A DNA stretch of 64,000 nt from assembly GCA_963704535.1 (NCBI GenBank), contig OY969916.1, forward strand, positions 3,830,841-3,894,840. The letters are read 5' to 3'. A program made the position numbers and the translations under genes. The notes under the pieces were generated by a model that was given only the letters and a program-made list of their open reading frames with translations, searched no databases and had not been told where the DNA came from. The stretch is from an uncultured Chloroflexia bacterium. Lineage in GTDB: Bacteria > Chloroflexota > Chloroflexia > Chloroflexales > Roseiflexaceae. Positions 19,478-30,306 of the stretch are shown piece after piece (the stretch's first letter is position 1; each line of letters opens with the position of its first letter).

Positions 19478-19891
19478 ATGCGTCACAAATCCATTTTCCT
19501 CGCCTTGGCTCTTGCCATGCTCATCGGCTCGGTTTTGATGCTTGGTACACCTACGCAGAGGGCATATGCCTCTGCACAGAAGACATATATCTCAAGCTGT
19601 CGTAATCTTGGGGTATATACCGATTGGTACAACAATAAACCATCAATCTACATCTGGAACGGAGCAGTACGCCCTGTCCCATCGAAAATGAGTATCAGCT
19701 TCTATGGCCCATTCGGATGGGAGCCTGTCCCATCTCCAAGCGATTGGGGTGTGCGTACTGATGCTCCCCAGGTCGAAAATAGGAATGGATGGTATATCTA
19801 CTTCATCGCAACAAGATGGATCTACTTGACAACACCCCATTCACTGTTTTGGAACGATGATTGGCGATGGAGAGTGACGTATTGTAGCTAA
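19478..19891 (+). CDS. Small secreted Trp/Tyr-rich protein (signal peptide)
   Basis: It starts MRHKSIFLALALAMLIGSVLMLGTPTQRAYASAQ, a signal peptide. It lies in an AT-rich segment between IS701-family copies, and an AGGAGG-like RBS (caaggaggg) is present. Confidence 0.4.
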   Translation: MRHKSIFLALALAMLIGSVLMLGTPTQRAYASAQKTYISSCRNLGVYTDWYNNKPSIYIWNGAVRPVPSKMSISFYGPFGWEPVPSPSDWGVRTDAPQVENRNGWYIYFIATRWIYLTTPHSLFWNDDWRWRVTYCS

Positions 19892-20135
19892 TATCGGCCT
19901 CAAATAGAATTATCGAAAGGGGGTGTGTGAAACACCTCCTTTTTGCACCCAGATCGGTGTTTATACTTCTTGTTAAGCGTCAATAACTTCCTGTATCGAG
20001 TTGTCAAATTATGTAACTTTAATTATAGCAAACCTACCAGAGTCGTAAAAGGGAGTATGGGGTAGCTCCCACAGAAACCATCCCTCACTTTACAACTCAG
20101 ATAGGAATGCTATATAATGACATTTATTCACAAAT

Positions 20136-20525
20136 ATGTCAATTAATTTGCTGAAGTCCACAAGAAAAGCCTTCTTTCTGTTTATTATAATCTGGTATTC
20201 GTTATTAGTTCCTTCATATTATGCTTACGGAATAATGCCCATTGTACACATGGGTCAGCGGTCATGGCCTCTCTATTTCTTCTTGATGGATGCATTCGCC
20301 TTAATTTCAGCCGTTTTTGTAATATTAATAATCACAATAGATTATTATAAAAGGAGACGTCTTTCTTCTGAGTGGATTATTCTAATTTTACTATTGATTC
20401 ATCCTCTTGTTACAACTTACATGACTTACGTGGATTTGACCACAAAACTATGTAATACATATGCTTGCAAATCAGCTATCCCTAGCCCAGACTTAAGATC
20501 AATATATTTCAGTTGGGAAAAATAA
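20136..20525 (+). CDS. Small integral membrane protein (3-4 TM)
   Basis: It is an AT-rich ORF with hydrophobic helices (FFLFIIIWYSLLV, FALISAVFVILIITI, IILILLLIHPLV). Confidence 0.3.
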   Translation: MSINLLKSTRKAFFLFIIIWYSLLVPSYYAYGIMPIVHMGQRSWPLYFFLMDAFALISAVFVILIITIDYYKRRRLSSEWIILILLLIHPLVTTYMTYVDLTTKLCNTYACKSAIPSPDLRSIYFSWEK

Positions 20526-21382
20526 TAGAGTTTATCGAGATTTAGGTTAACAGTTGACATGGCGATAAGTGCATTCGCAGATTGTGATGGCGCAACAGAT
20601 TACGACATCGTGGATATTGTTGGACGCGGAGGCGGATTTGTCACATCACAATTACGCAGCGTTTGACGCTACTAATGATGTTGTAGATTACAGTTGTGTT
20701 CGATTGCTACCCGCCCCTCTGGCGTGTCGCACCTGGGCTTCCTATGTGGAAGTTATGCTCTTGGATAACGTTTTAAACCATGTAACAGTTTCTTTACCGT
20801 ATCGCTTCAAACCCACTACAAGCATGCTCTTGCCATCACACGGGAGCATCACTAGAGACATACAGCGCGTGCATCAAGTGGCGGCAAAACATATTGTCGC
20901 GGAGCATACCCAGGCGATAAAAGCAAAGACAGCAGCATCGCCGATCAACGATGTCTATGGTCACGAACATGAGGAATTCTGTCGCCACACCGCTGCTACC
21001 CTGGCGAGTCTGAACGGGAAGGGCATCCACGCCGATGCCTCAGTAGATAAAGTCAGGGTGAAAGGCCCCGCTATCCCTAAGTATAGGTGCATCTCATCCC
21101 TAAATACCCTACATAACGATAGTTCTCAACGAGCTAAAACAACGATAGCATGATGTCGCTACCAGAGCGATCTGTCAAGCCTTCTGTGGGGAAATCTTTG
21201 AGCTACTGGTTCGATATGTAACAAGAAAGGAGGCATCCACATTACCCATACGAAGGGAGCACAGCTCGTCACTGGCAGCAAGTTCAAGAGTATAACAGCG
21301 AAGGAGTAAGGTACGAGGCAAGTCTCGCTCAGATATCGCGGAGCGATGCTTATCCACTCTCTACACAATAAGGAGGTACCCC

Positions 21383-21856
21383 ATGAAACTCGGCACAGTC
21401 AAGGCGTATGGGCTTATTGTCACACTGCTCTGCTCTATGGTGATGGGGGTAGGCATAGTGCCTGTCAAAGCTCAAGAGATACACACAGCAACCCGCTCTA
21501 CGTTGGCCAGCGCGAACTCGTCTAATCTACACGTCGGTGTCACAAGTATTACGACTAACACCCTACAGAATACGTACCAATACCTGGTTTATGGAGATAG
21601 GCTTTTCATGACCTACGGAGGACCGTGGTGGGACTATTGTCACCACGTTGTGCATTTCAGCTATCCGCGATCGTTAGACGGCCGTATTGTCGGTTTCGCG
21701 GTATTCGGGCCTGGCAATCCATCCTCCTGGGGTTCGCCGGGTAACGGTCAGCTAAATGCAGGCTACCGCTACGTACCAGGGCCTGGGTTGGAGTGCGTCC
21801 CAGACTTCACGAACCGCCCTGGGGACTTTAAATTATGGTTATCAATTAGGTCATAG
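21383..21856 (+). CDS. Small secreted protein (signal peptide, Gly/Pro/Trp-rich)
   Basis: It starts MKLGTVKAYGLIVTLLCSMVMGVGIVPVKAQE. An RBS aaggagg lies 8 nt upstream. Confidence 0.4.
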   Translation: MKLGTVKAYGLIVTLLCSMVMGVGIVPVKAQEIHTATRSTLASANSSNLHVGVTSITTNTLQNTYQYLVYGDRLFMTYGGPWWDYCHHVVHFSYPRSLDGRIVGFAVFGPGNPSSWGSPGNGQLNAGYRYVPGPGLECVPDFTNRPGDFKLWLSIRS

Positions 21857-22502
21857 CGTCCCCAGAAGCAACCTGGGTGTGTGACAGGAAACAAGCGGTA
21901 AGTACCAGCGTATCCTATCCTCAGACTGATTACAATGCACCCGTTTGTTTCCTGTCACCACATTCTTGGACATCTTTCCTGATGTAGTTATGAGAAACAA
22001 GAAAGAAATGATAGTACGAATTAGATAGAAAAGCAATACCGGACAAAGTAAATTGGGACTAAATGCAGTCAATCGACGATGATATGCAGTATAGTGGAGC
22101 ATATGATCACACGATGTCGTATAGGTCGAATTGAACTGAAAACGCTTTGCACATTTACGCGGCATTGTGTCCATTTAGGGTGTGTTTGGTTTCATTTGCG
22201 ACCGAGAAAATCCCATCCGGTATTGATAGAAAAGAGAATTTAGGAGATGTATCACTTTGCTTTTAGTGAATAAATATCGAGAACTACCAAAGAACCCCCG
22301 AGAGAAACACATCTTTTCTTTATACATTGTTTATCCGAGTTAACAAATTTTCCTGATGTGATAATTACTTCTTTATTAAGAAAAGGCTGTAAATCTTGTT
22401 TGCTAGTGCCTACGCTAATACGGTAAAAGTGCGATTTTTTATTAAACGGATCAAACACACCATCACCTTTATATTCGACGCAGTAGCCATCTTTGGTAAG
22501 AT

Positions 22503-24030
22503 TACTCGACTGTTGTGTTTTGCCCTTTCGAGCTGACTATGCTACCTTAAATGCCCAGGACTGGATGGCATGAAAGGATGGACGCCTGATGCAACTGCCG
22601 CTTGTTGCGCCCGCACCACTCGTGACAACTCATGCGAGCGCCTTCCGCGACCTGTTTGCCAATCGCTGCCAGTTTCAGCATTTTCAGCACTACCTGACTG
22701 GACTGATGGTCCTGTCGAACAAAAGCCTGACCAATATTGCCCGCTGTGTCCTGGAAAGCGCCGATAAAACAAACCTCTCGCGGTTTCTGGCCCAGGCACC
22801 CTGGAGCGAAGCGCACCTCAACCAGCGCCGTATCCGTTACATGCTGGAGCAGACCAAGCACCAACGTCGACCAAAAGCCGAGTCGGCACTGGTGCTGGAT
22901 GACACCTTGTGTGAGCACGTCGGCAGCTTGTTTGCCTATATCGATCGGCATTACAACCATAGCGATCAGACCTACCCACTGGCGCATAATCCGGTCACCA
23001 GTTTCTACGTCAGTGGTCCGGTTCGCTTTCCGCTCGATCTGCGCCTGTATCGGCGCTATGAGGAGCTGACGCAGTGGGAGGCCTTTGTAACCAAACATTT
23101 CCCCACCCAGATCATCCCCACTCAGAAGAAGCCTCGCGCGCAATTGCACAAGCAGCTCGATCCGGTCCTGCTGACCGACCCGGCGTTTGCGGCCTTGCAC
23201 GCACAGTTTCAAACCAAAATCGCACTGGGCATCGACTTGGTGACGACCGCCATCCGGCGCAAAGTGCCCTTTGACGTGGTACTGTTCGATGGCTGGTATC
23301 TGGCCGAAGAGCTGGTCACGGTCTTGGAACGTCGTCGCAAAGCCTGGGTCAGCATCCTCAAGAAAAACCGCAACCTGGAAACCAGCAGTTTTGTGCTCAA
23401 CGATACTGATGGGCATCCAATCCAGTTGGGTGGGCCACACATCTCGGTGGAGCAGCTGATCAGCCACATTCCGGCCAGCGCGTACCGAGCCGTGAGGGTT
23501 GCTGGCACGACCTACTGGTGCTTCAGTCTGGTCGTGCGCATCCCCACGCTGGGGCGGGTGCGGCTGGTGATCAGCTTTGCCAACGCCGAGTTGACTGGTA
23601 CCTACGCACTGTTGGTGACGAATCGGCGTGAGTGGAGCGCCTTGAAAATCATCGTGACCTATTTGCAACGCTGGCCAACCGAGACCTTTTATCAGGACGG
23701 CAAGGGACATCTGGGCCTGGACGCCTATCGCATGCGCAGCGCCGAAGCCATTGGGAAACATTGGTGTCTGGTGTTCGTGGCGTATTCGTTCTTGCATCTG
23801 GCATGTCTCGGAGCGTCACCGACAAAAGGGAGCGTCCCCGTCAAAACCATCGGGGAAGCGTGTCGTCAGCAAGCCCAGGCGCTGATTGAGAAGCTACTGC
23901 TCTACGTCCATGAACGCCTCCTGCTCGGGCAGAGCGCCGAAGAGGTGTTCGCCCACGTGTTTGCTAAACAGCAACTGCTCCTGCCCACCTGACCAATACA
24001 ACCTATGACCAAAACACAACAGTCGAGTAA
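22503..24030 (+). mobile_element. Second, distinct IS701-family insertion sequence
   Basis: It has perfect 20-bp IRs, TACTCGACTGTTGTGTTTTG and CAAAACACAACAGTCGAGTA, and a 4-bp TSD AGAT. Confidence 0.8.
22589..23992 (+). CDS. IS701-family DDE transposase
   Basis: It carries the N-terminal signature QHFQHYLTGLMVLSNKSLTNIARCV. The C-terminus (…YLQRWPTETFYQDGKGHLGLDAYRMR) parallels …YRKRWTGTETFHRDGKQHLGMGDCQLR in the other IS701 transposase. Confidence 0.85.
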   Translation: MQLPLVAPAPLVTTHASAFRDLFANRCQFQHFQHYLTGLMVLSNKSLTNIARCVLESADKTNLSRFLAQAPWSEAHLNQRRIRYMLEQTKHQRRPKAESALVLDDTLCEHVGSLFAYIDRHYNHSDQTYPLAHNPVTSFYVSGPVRFPLDLRLYRRYEELTQWEAFVTKHFPTQIIPTQKKPRAQLHKQLDPVLLTDPAFAALHAQFQTKIALGIDLVTTAIRRKVPFDVVLFDGWYLAEELVTVLERRRKAWVSILKKNRNLETSSFVLNDTDGHPIQLGGPHISVEQLISHIPASAYRAVRVAGTTYWCFSLVVRIPTLGRVRLVISFANAELTGTYALLVTNRREWSALKIIVTYLQRWPTETFYQDGKGHLGLDAYRMRSAEAIGKHWCLVFVAYSFLHLACLGASPTKGSVPVKTIGEACRQQAQALIEKLLLYVHERLLLGQSAEEVFAHVFAKQQLLLPT

Positions 24031-25389
24031 GATTACCCAAAACATTCGTTTCTTGCCATCCTGATCCTCTAGGGCATTCTTTGGTAATTTTGTAATCCCC
24101 CTGAGATCTCTTTAATGGAAAAAATTGAGGAGTATCAAGATAAATATCTCTTACGAAAAAGAGTATTCCTATCACAATGATCATTAAAATTGACGCCATT
24201 GTTTTTAACACGTTCCGTGACTATTATAGAGGAAAGTGTTTATAAAGGCAAAGGTGAGATGCGGTTGTGGTGAGACACAGGTATGGAATAAAAACGATGG
24301 CATGATTCACTTGATTAATACCTTGCTATCCAAGCTTTAGTTGCTAAAGGCGGGCCGCCGGAATCAATTACAGAAACAGATATGCGTAACTTTTTGTATG
24401 TTCCTAGTCTTCCTGATGTGGATCTAATTATCCGTTCAGGTGGCGAACGACGAATAAGCAACTTTCTGATATGATTTATGTCACTGAAAAGTACTGGCCT
24501 GAACTGGGTCAGCGTGATATTGAAGCAGGTATACAATATTTTAATCAGGCCATACAAGCTGTACAAGAAGACAGTGAAACATGATTCCGACAGTTATACC
24601 TTTTCATCGCCTGCACCAACTGGAATCATCCATACCGAGGATAACCCAACGGTCATCATCATTGCCGACACGTACGATCCGGTAGGACATCGAGCCCCAC
24701 TTGATGGTGGACGATAGATGAAAGGAAACCAGCATATGAGCGAACTTACCCGCTATCGTTCCCAGGAGTTGACGCGGCAGCAGCGCGACCAAATTCAGCA
24801 CATTGCCGAGGTGACACAGGCAGTGCAATGGGAGATCGGCCGCATCCATACCGAGGGTGCGAAGATGGCCGTCAAAACGCTGACGCAGACAACCGAGCGC
24901 ATTCAAGCTGCCGCCAGAAATGGTATGAGCGACGCGCAGGTTGAAAGCCTGATAGAACAGCAGAAACAGTATCTGCTGACCATGCAGCGCATTGCCAGCC
25001 AAGGCGCCGGTGGGCTCACAGGGGTGGTGGCTAATCTGCCTGCACTGCCAGAACCACGCTAGTCTTGATCGCGAACAATCGGCCCGCAGTTTGGCAGAAA
25101 GGAGAGTCCAATGGACCCGTTCAGCCTCCTTGTCTTAGGGGGAGCCGCAGTGGTAGGACTGCTGATAGTGGCGAGCAAGCGGGACAAGCCCTCGCAAAGC
25201 GACAGTTCCCACGATGAGATTCGCCGTATCGGCAATTCGACGATTGACCGGATGCAGCGCACCTCCAGCGATTTTCGTGACCACATTGACCGCGAAACGC
25301 GAAATCACCGCTAACGGACTACTGCTCTCATGGCCGGGCGGCGCCCCTGGTCACGCGGCTGTGTTATCACCACATCACGGAGGACTACC

Positions 25390-25851
25390 ATGACCCGCAA
25401 ACCCCAGGAAGATCTGTTCTCGTCCACTGCCCTTGCCCTGCCAGCCTACACCCCGTCGAGCAGTCTGGTCCCACTTGAACGCAGCCGCGAGCTGGTGAAG
25501 GCCGAGCGCAAAGTCAGCGAGGAGGCGCACAAGCAGCGCCTGGTGATCGCTGAACAGCAGGGCAAAACCAGTGTTGCCATCGCGGCCCAGGCCCAGATCC
25601 GGGTGGCAGCGGCCCAGGCGTTTGTTTCCTGTGCCGAGAGCATTTGGGAGATACAAAAGAGCCCTGGCCGGGACCCAGGGCTGCAAGTCTACGTTGACCA
25701 GTTTGCCGACCACACCCTCCGCGCTGCCGGGACCCACATCCTCGCCGCAACCAACATCGGCGCAAGCCGCATCAACGCGGAAGTTGACCGCCCGCTCTAC
25801 GTGTCAACCGAGGAGGAGCGGCGCGGACTCCTGGCCCGCCTGCGGGGGTAA
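25390..25851 (+). CDS. Hypothetical protein (plasmid-module gene)
   Basis: It is a GC-typical ORF in an operon-like array with overlapping or abutting stops and starts (25851/25854; 26288/26328). Confidence 0.3.
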   Translation: MTRKPQEDLFSSTALALPAYTPSSSLVPLERSRELVKAERKVSEEAHKQRLVIAEQQGKTSVAIAAQAQIRVAAAQAFVSCAESIWEIQKSPGRDPGLQVYVDQFADHTLRAAGTHILAATNIGASRINAEVDRPLYVSTEEERRGLLARLRG

Positions 25852-25853
25852 GT

Positions 25854-26288
25854 ATGGATACCATTGACAAGCTTCACGAGGCTCTCTGGGGCGATTTCTC
25901 CCCGCAGGGCCAACCCCAGTACTGCGCGTATGCGCTCAGGTTCAAGCAGTGGACCGAGACGTTATGTATCTCAGTCGGCGGAGCGGTGCAACAGCACCAG
26001 GACAGCGCGGGCGGTGCGGTGGCCGTCAATCAGGCCAAGCTGCTGCTCCTTGACAAATACTTCGAGTGGCGATCCGCAGCACCCAAAGCCCATCGTAATC
26101 GCGTTGGTGACACATCCCACACCTGTCTGTTCCACGTGTTTGACGAGACCTATCGAACCCTGCGGGCAATCGAACTGTCCTTGACTCCGCCGTTGCTATT
26201 TCTGCCTGCGTCGTCGCCGGCACCAGTGCAACCCGTGTATAAGCTCAGTGGTATTCCGCTCGGGGAGATTGACGAGGATGAGGCATGA
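25854..26288 (+). CDS. Hypothetical protein (plasmid-module gene)
   Basis: Its start codon is adjacent to the upstream stop, and coding-like composition is consistent. Confidence 0.3.
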   Translation: MDTIDKLHEALWGDFSPQGQPQYCAYALRFKQWTETLCISVGGAVQQHQDSAGGAVAVNQAKLLLLDKYFEWRSAAPKAHRNRVGDTSHTCLFHVFDETYRTLRAIELSLTPPLLFLPASSPAPVQPVYKLSGIPLGEIDEDEA

Positions 26289-26327
26289 AGTCTCATCCCG
26301 TACCACCAGGCAGCCAGACATGTATGG

Positions 26328-27839
26328 TTGCCAGACAGCAGCCGGAGCATGGGTATTCACCTGATGGCTGGCCGGGGATCAGGCAAGTCGCGGCTGATGG
26401 GCCGCATCATTGGCTGGTATGATCTCATCCGCAGTGTTCCACTGGTCATCCTTGATCCGGCCGGGCCGACGATTGACAACCTGCTCGATAAAATCCTCCG
26501 GCTGCCACAGCGCCAGCAAGAAACGCTGCTCTCGCGAGTTGTGTACGTGGATATGAGCGGGAAGGGGACCAGGGTTATCCCGTTCCCGCTTTACTACCGC
26601 TTGGGCGAGGAGAGTCTGTATGAAGTCTCCCAGCGCTTTCTGGATACGGTGCAAAGTGCCGACCCCAATTTGCTGAGTGCTGCCGTGCAGGGCTGGAATG
26701 CCTTGTGGCGGATTGGCACCTACACGGGTATGGTGCTTACTGGGCTTGGCTACCAAATCACCGAGGCGGAAGACTTACTGGCCAACCCGAACGCCTGGAC
26801 TGACCGGCTGCACCAGGCGCTTCAGAGGAATCCAGACGACCTGCTGTCAGCGGTTGCCTTTTTTACCAAGGAATACCCGCATCTGGATAAACGCGAGCGG
26901 GAAATGCTCACCCGGTCGTTTCTCACCAAAATCACGCCGTTTTCGCTGGACCGGCGGCTGACCGCTATGTTCGGCGCGAGTACGCCGGGGATTAATTGGC
27001 GAACCATGATCCGAAACCGGCAAGCAGTCTTATTGGATTTCCGGCGCGTCACCGATCCCCAAGAGCGCCGTTTCAAAATGCTGTGGGTGTTCCAGTCGTT
27101 TTTTGCCTTTATCAAATATCGTGGCGCAGGCCGGCATGTTCCCATCTCATTCATTGTGGACGAACTGGCTAATCTGTCCCACACGCAGGTGCAAGGGGAA
27201 AGCCCATTTGCCAAGGCGCTTGATGAACTCGTCAATGTCTATGCCAGAAACGGCATGATCTGGCTGACGTTGGCCCATCAGGAGCTGTTTCAGCTTGAGG
27301 AACGCATTCAGCCGACGCTGATGAGCCTGGGCACGCAAATCCTGGGCGTGACCTCAGACCGCAATGCAGCACTGGCGATGGCCAGGCAACTCTTTCCGGT
27401 TGATCCGCACCGGGTCAAACGCTATGATGCAGTCTACGCTAGTTTTCAGGGTATCGCCTCGGTCATTGATCAGCGGCCCGTAAATTTCACTCCAGAGGAG
27501 CAGCACTATCTTGCCAGCAACGTCTTTACCGGCAAACGGTTATTTGAGTTTGTCGTCCGACCGGCAGCAGCAGAAGGGGATATTGCCCAAACGCTTTATC
27601 ACATCACCATCAAGAACGTTGATACCGGCCAATGGGTGCAGGAGTGGGCAGTCGCTACGCTTCGCGACCGACTGCGTGACCAGACCGGCATACCAGTCAG
27701 TGACATTCTTGCCGAGATTGCCCAGCGCCGCGATGCTATAATCACTGCATCCCCTGCCTATGCCGACGATATTCCGCCAAACCGATCAGAAGAAGCCGAC
27801 GACGAAGAGGAGCGCCTCAGTGATGAGCGAGTTTGGTAG
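26328..27839 (+). CDS. P-loop ATPase, type IV coupling protein-like (TraD/VirD4/TraG-like) or HerA-like
   Basis: It has a Walker A (AGRGSGKSRLMG), a VILDPAG segment and a Walker B (ISFIVDELAN). It overlaps the downstream Replic_Relax gene by 17 nt. Confidence 0.45.
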   Translation: MPDSSRSMGIHLMAGRGSGKSRLMGRIIGWYDLIRSVPLVILDPAGPTIDNLLDKILRLPQRQQETLLSRVVYVDMSGKGTRVIPFPLYYRLGEESLYEVSQRFLDTVQSADPNLLSAAVQGWNALWRIGTYTGMVLTGLGYQITEAEDLLANPNAWTDRLHQALQRNPDDLLSAVAFFTKEYPHLDKREREMLTRSFLTKITPFSLDRRLTAMFGASTPGINWRTMIRNRQAVLLDFRRVTDPQERRFKMLWVFQSFFAFIKYRGAGRHVPISFIVDELANLSHTQVQGESPFAKALDELVNVYARNGMIWLTLAHQELFQLEERIQPTLMSLGTQILGVTSDRNAALAMARQLFPVDPHRVKRYDAVYASFQGIASVIDQRPVNFTPEEQHYLASNVFTGKRLFEFVVRPAAAEGDIAQTLYHITIKNVDTGQWVQEWAVATLRDRLRDQTGIPVSDILAEIAQRRDAIITASPAYADDIPPNRSEEADDEEERLSDERVW

Positions 27840-28776
27840 CAAGGCGACGAAGCGCTTGCCGCAGCTCCAGCGTGCGAGCAAAGAGAGTTTGCCGAGCTTT
27901 CGGCTCACTGAGCGGGATAATGCCATCATGGAAAAGGTCTACACCTATCGCGCGCTGACCACCGAGCACATTGAAGCACTCTGCTTTTCGCCAACCACAC
28001 GGTCCAAGTGTAAGTTGCGGCTCAAGCTGCTCTATCATCACGGCTTTCTGCTGCGCACTGAGCAGCCGCAAAGTCTGATAGAAGGAAGAAAACCGTTTGT
28101 TTATTGGCTGGACAAAAAAGGTGCTGAACTGATCGCCATCAATGAGGGGATTGAATTCTCAGAGGTAGCGTGGCGACCAAATATCCATAAAGTCGGGCCG
28201 CAGTTTCTCTACCATTTGCTGGATACCAACACTGTGCGGATAGCCATCACGGTGGCAGCAGAGCAGCACGGTATGACCATCGTGGACTGGCGGGACGAGG
28301 AGACGCTGCGCAAAGACCACGCCAACGACTTCGTGACCATCAAGGGACCGCAGGGCGGCGAGCAGAAAACGACGGTCATTCCTGACGACTATTTCGTGCT
28401 TGAGGTGCCTATCCCAGCAGAAGGAAGATCAATTTACCCCAGGCTATTTGTCGAGATTGACAGGCGTACTGTGACCGGCGAAGCCTCCGTCTCCAACCAG
28501 AGCCAACGCGATTGGGCACACAAAGTCCAGGCATACGTCGCCTACTACCACTCTGACGCGCATAAAAAGCGGTATGGCAGTACGGCTGGTCGCGTCATTA
28601 CGATCACCACCGGCGAGAAACGCGCTATGAACTTGAAGGCAATCACGGAGCGGGCAGGGGGGAAGGCTCGCTTCTGGTTCACGACCTTTGAACAGATAAC
28701 ACCAGAGGCAATCCTCACTGCGCCGATTTGGGCGGTTGCCGGCCGCGAGAGCCGGTATACGCTCACCGCCGAATAG
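27823..28776 (+). CDS. Replication-relaxation (Replic_Relax) family protein
   Basis: It contains the winged-helix signature LTERDNAIMEKVYTYRALTTEHIEALCFSP...CKLRLKLLYHHGFLLR. Confidence 0.55.
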   Translation: MSEFGSKATKRLPQLQRASKESLPSFRLTERDNAIMEKVYTYRALTTEHIEALCFSPTTRSKCKLRLKLLYHHGFLLRTEQPQSLIEGRKPFVYWLDKKGAELIAINEGIEFSEVAWRPNIHKVGPQFLYHLLDTNTVRIAITVAAEQHGMTIVDWRDEETLRKDHANDFVTIKGPQGGEQKTTVIPDDYFVLEVPIPAEGRSIYPRLFVEIDRRTVTGEASVSNQSQRDWAHKVQAYVAYYHSDAHKKRYGSTAGRVITITTGEKRAMNLKAITERAGGKARFWFTTFEQITPEAILTAPIWAVAGRESRYTLTAE

Positions 28777-29844
28777 CAAAGAAATCGCCTGACCTGCCCC
28801 TGGCGTGATAGCGTGTACAGAGTGAGAAAGTGCTATCATTGCGTCGTGCTTGCTCAAAACCCAAGTGCCAAGCCGTGCTTAGCAAGAGCACCGCTAAACC
28901 CCGTTCCAAGTGCCGTAGAAGAACAAGGCTGGGTGCATGGTCAGGCGATTGTATCGTGAACGATACCTGTCAGTTGTACACGGTTGCCAATGAGAGCGGG
29001 GCAATAATCCGGGAAGAGTTTTGTAAGAAGCTGAAAAACGAACACGTGCGTCGTCGTTCACCTATCCCTCGAAGCAGGCTGGCGTCTGAAGCTACCATTG
29101 CTGTTTCAACCAGTGGCCATAGGCGCGCGGTCTTGACGTGGCGCGCAATCTGTAGGGTATCCCGCACGGGAGGACGCGGAGCGGGACGGGCATACGGCAG
29201 CCAGTGCATGGAAGTAGCATCCCCCCCGTGCGGGTGCGTGGAAGTGTAGCGCGCCGTCAAGACCAAGACGAGCGCGCGCCGTGTGGCTGCGCAGCCGCAA
29301 TGTGGATTGTTCGAGGTCCGGGTATGGGGCACCGGCAGGCAGGGCAGCGGGTGCCAGTTTGCGTCACGTTCTAGAATAGCCGGAGCTGCTCGGCTGGCTG
29401 CTCCTTTGGCTTTTCCTTTTTGGCCTTGCGCGGCTTCTTCTCGGGCTCCCCTTTGCCTCCCTGTGAGCTGCCAGTGGGCTGCTGCATGATGTAGTCCAGT
29501 ATGCGGCTGATTTGTGACCATTGTTCGGTACTCATGGCTTTCCTCCTGGTGAGCCATTACACAGCGTAGTACAGTCCCCAGCCGAAAGCGGGCAGGGAGA
29601 GCGTTTTTGTTTCCGCCGCGCCGTAAACTTTGCAGGAGGCGAAGTGAGCGTACCGAAGGGGATAGGGAGCGGAAACCATGTCTTCTGACCAGCTCTTTCG
29701 GGGTGGAGCGGGTGAGGAGTGGTGGTTGGAAAGACGGTCAGAAGACGGTTGGAGCGACCTATACGCGAACGAGCCGACTGCTAGCATAGACATTATCAAG
29801 GTTGGCGGTATACTGTCCGGGATGTTCTTTCACGGAGTGAAATA

Positions 29845-30306
29845 ATGCCAAAGTTCGACACCATTTTGCAGAATGAGCGGCGCTTACGCGCCTTTACCGG
29901 CCTGGATACAGCCACCTTCACAGCCTTCTTACCCGATTTTACCAAGGCAATGCAACACTATCTCAAGGGCACGACCCTTGATGGCTACGTCCGAGAAGGC
30001 GACCGCGCGATTACCTACGCCAACAGCCCGCTACCCACAGCCTCTGATCGGCTGCTATTCATCCTCACCTATCTCAAGCAGAATGCTATCCAAGAGGTGC
30101 ATGGGCAGCTCTTCGGCATGAGTCAGTCAAATGTCAGTAAATGGGTGCGGCTATTACTGGATATCTTGAACGATGCCTTGGCCGCCCAACGGCTGTTGCC
30201 AGCACGCAGCGCAGCAGAACTGGCAGCGCGGTTACGAGACGAAACGCTCGAACTCGATCCAGAGGCTCCCCTTTTTTCTGTCACGACGCTACAGAGCGAC
30301 CGATAG
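29845..30306 (+). CDS. IS5-family transposase OrfA (HTH)
   Basis: It is 153 aa. The downstream orfB lies in the -1 frame. Confidence 0.7.
   Translation: MPKFDTILQNERRLRAFTGLDTATFTAFLPDFTKAMQHYLKGTTLDGYVREGDRAITYANSPLPTASDRLLFILTYLKQNAIQEVHGQLFGMSQSNVSKWVRLLLDILNDALAAQRLLPARSAAELAARLRDETLELDPEAPLFSVTTLQSDR

Noticed and set aside
20569-21153. 194-aa ORF in the AT-rich cargo
   Set aside because: It has no RBS, no signal peptide or TM segment, and mixed composition. The evidence for coding is insufficient.
29371-29535. 54-aa Lys-rich small ORF on the minus strand with a strong RBS, between the Replic_Relax gene and the IS5-family copy 2
   Set aside because: It is a plausible small basic DNA-binding protein, such as an Xis or partition-like protein, but it is too short and has too few features to call without homology support.
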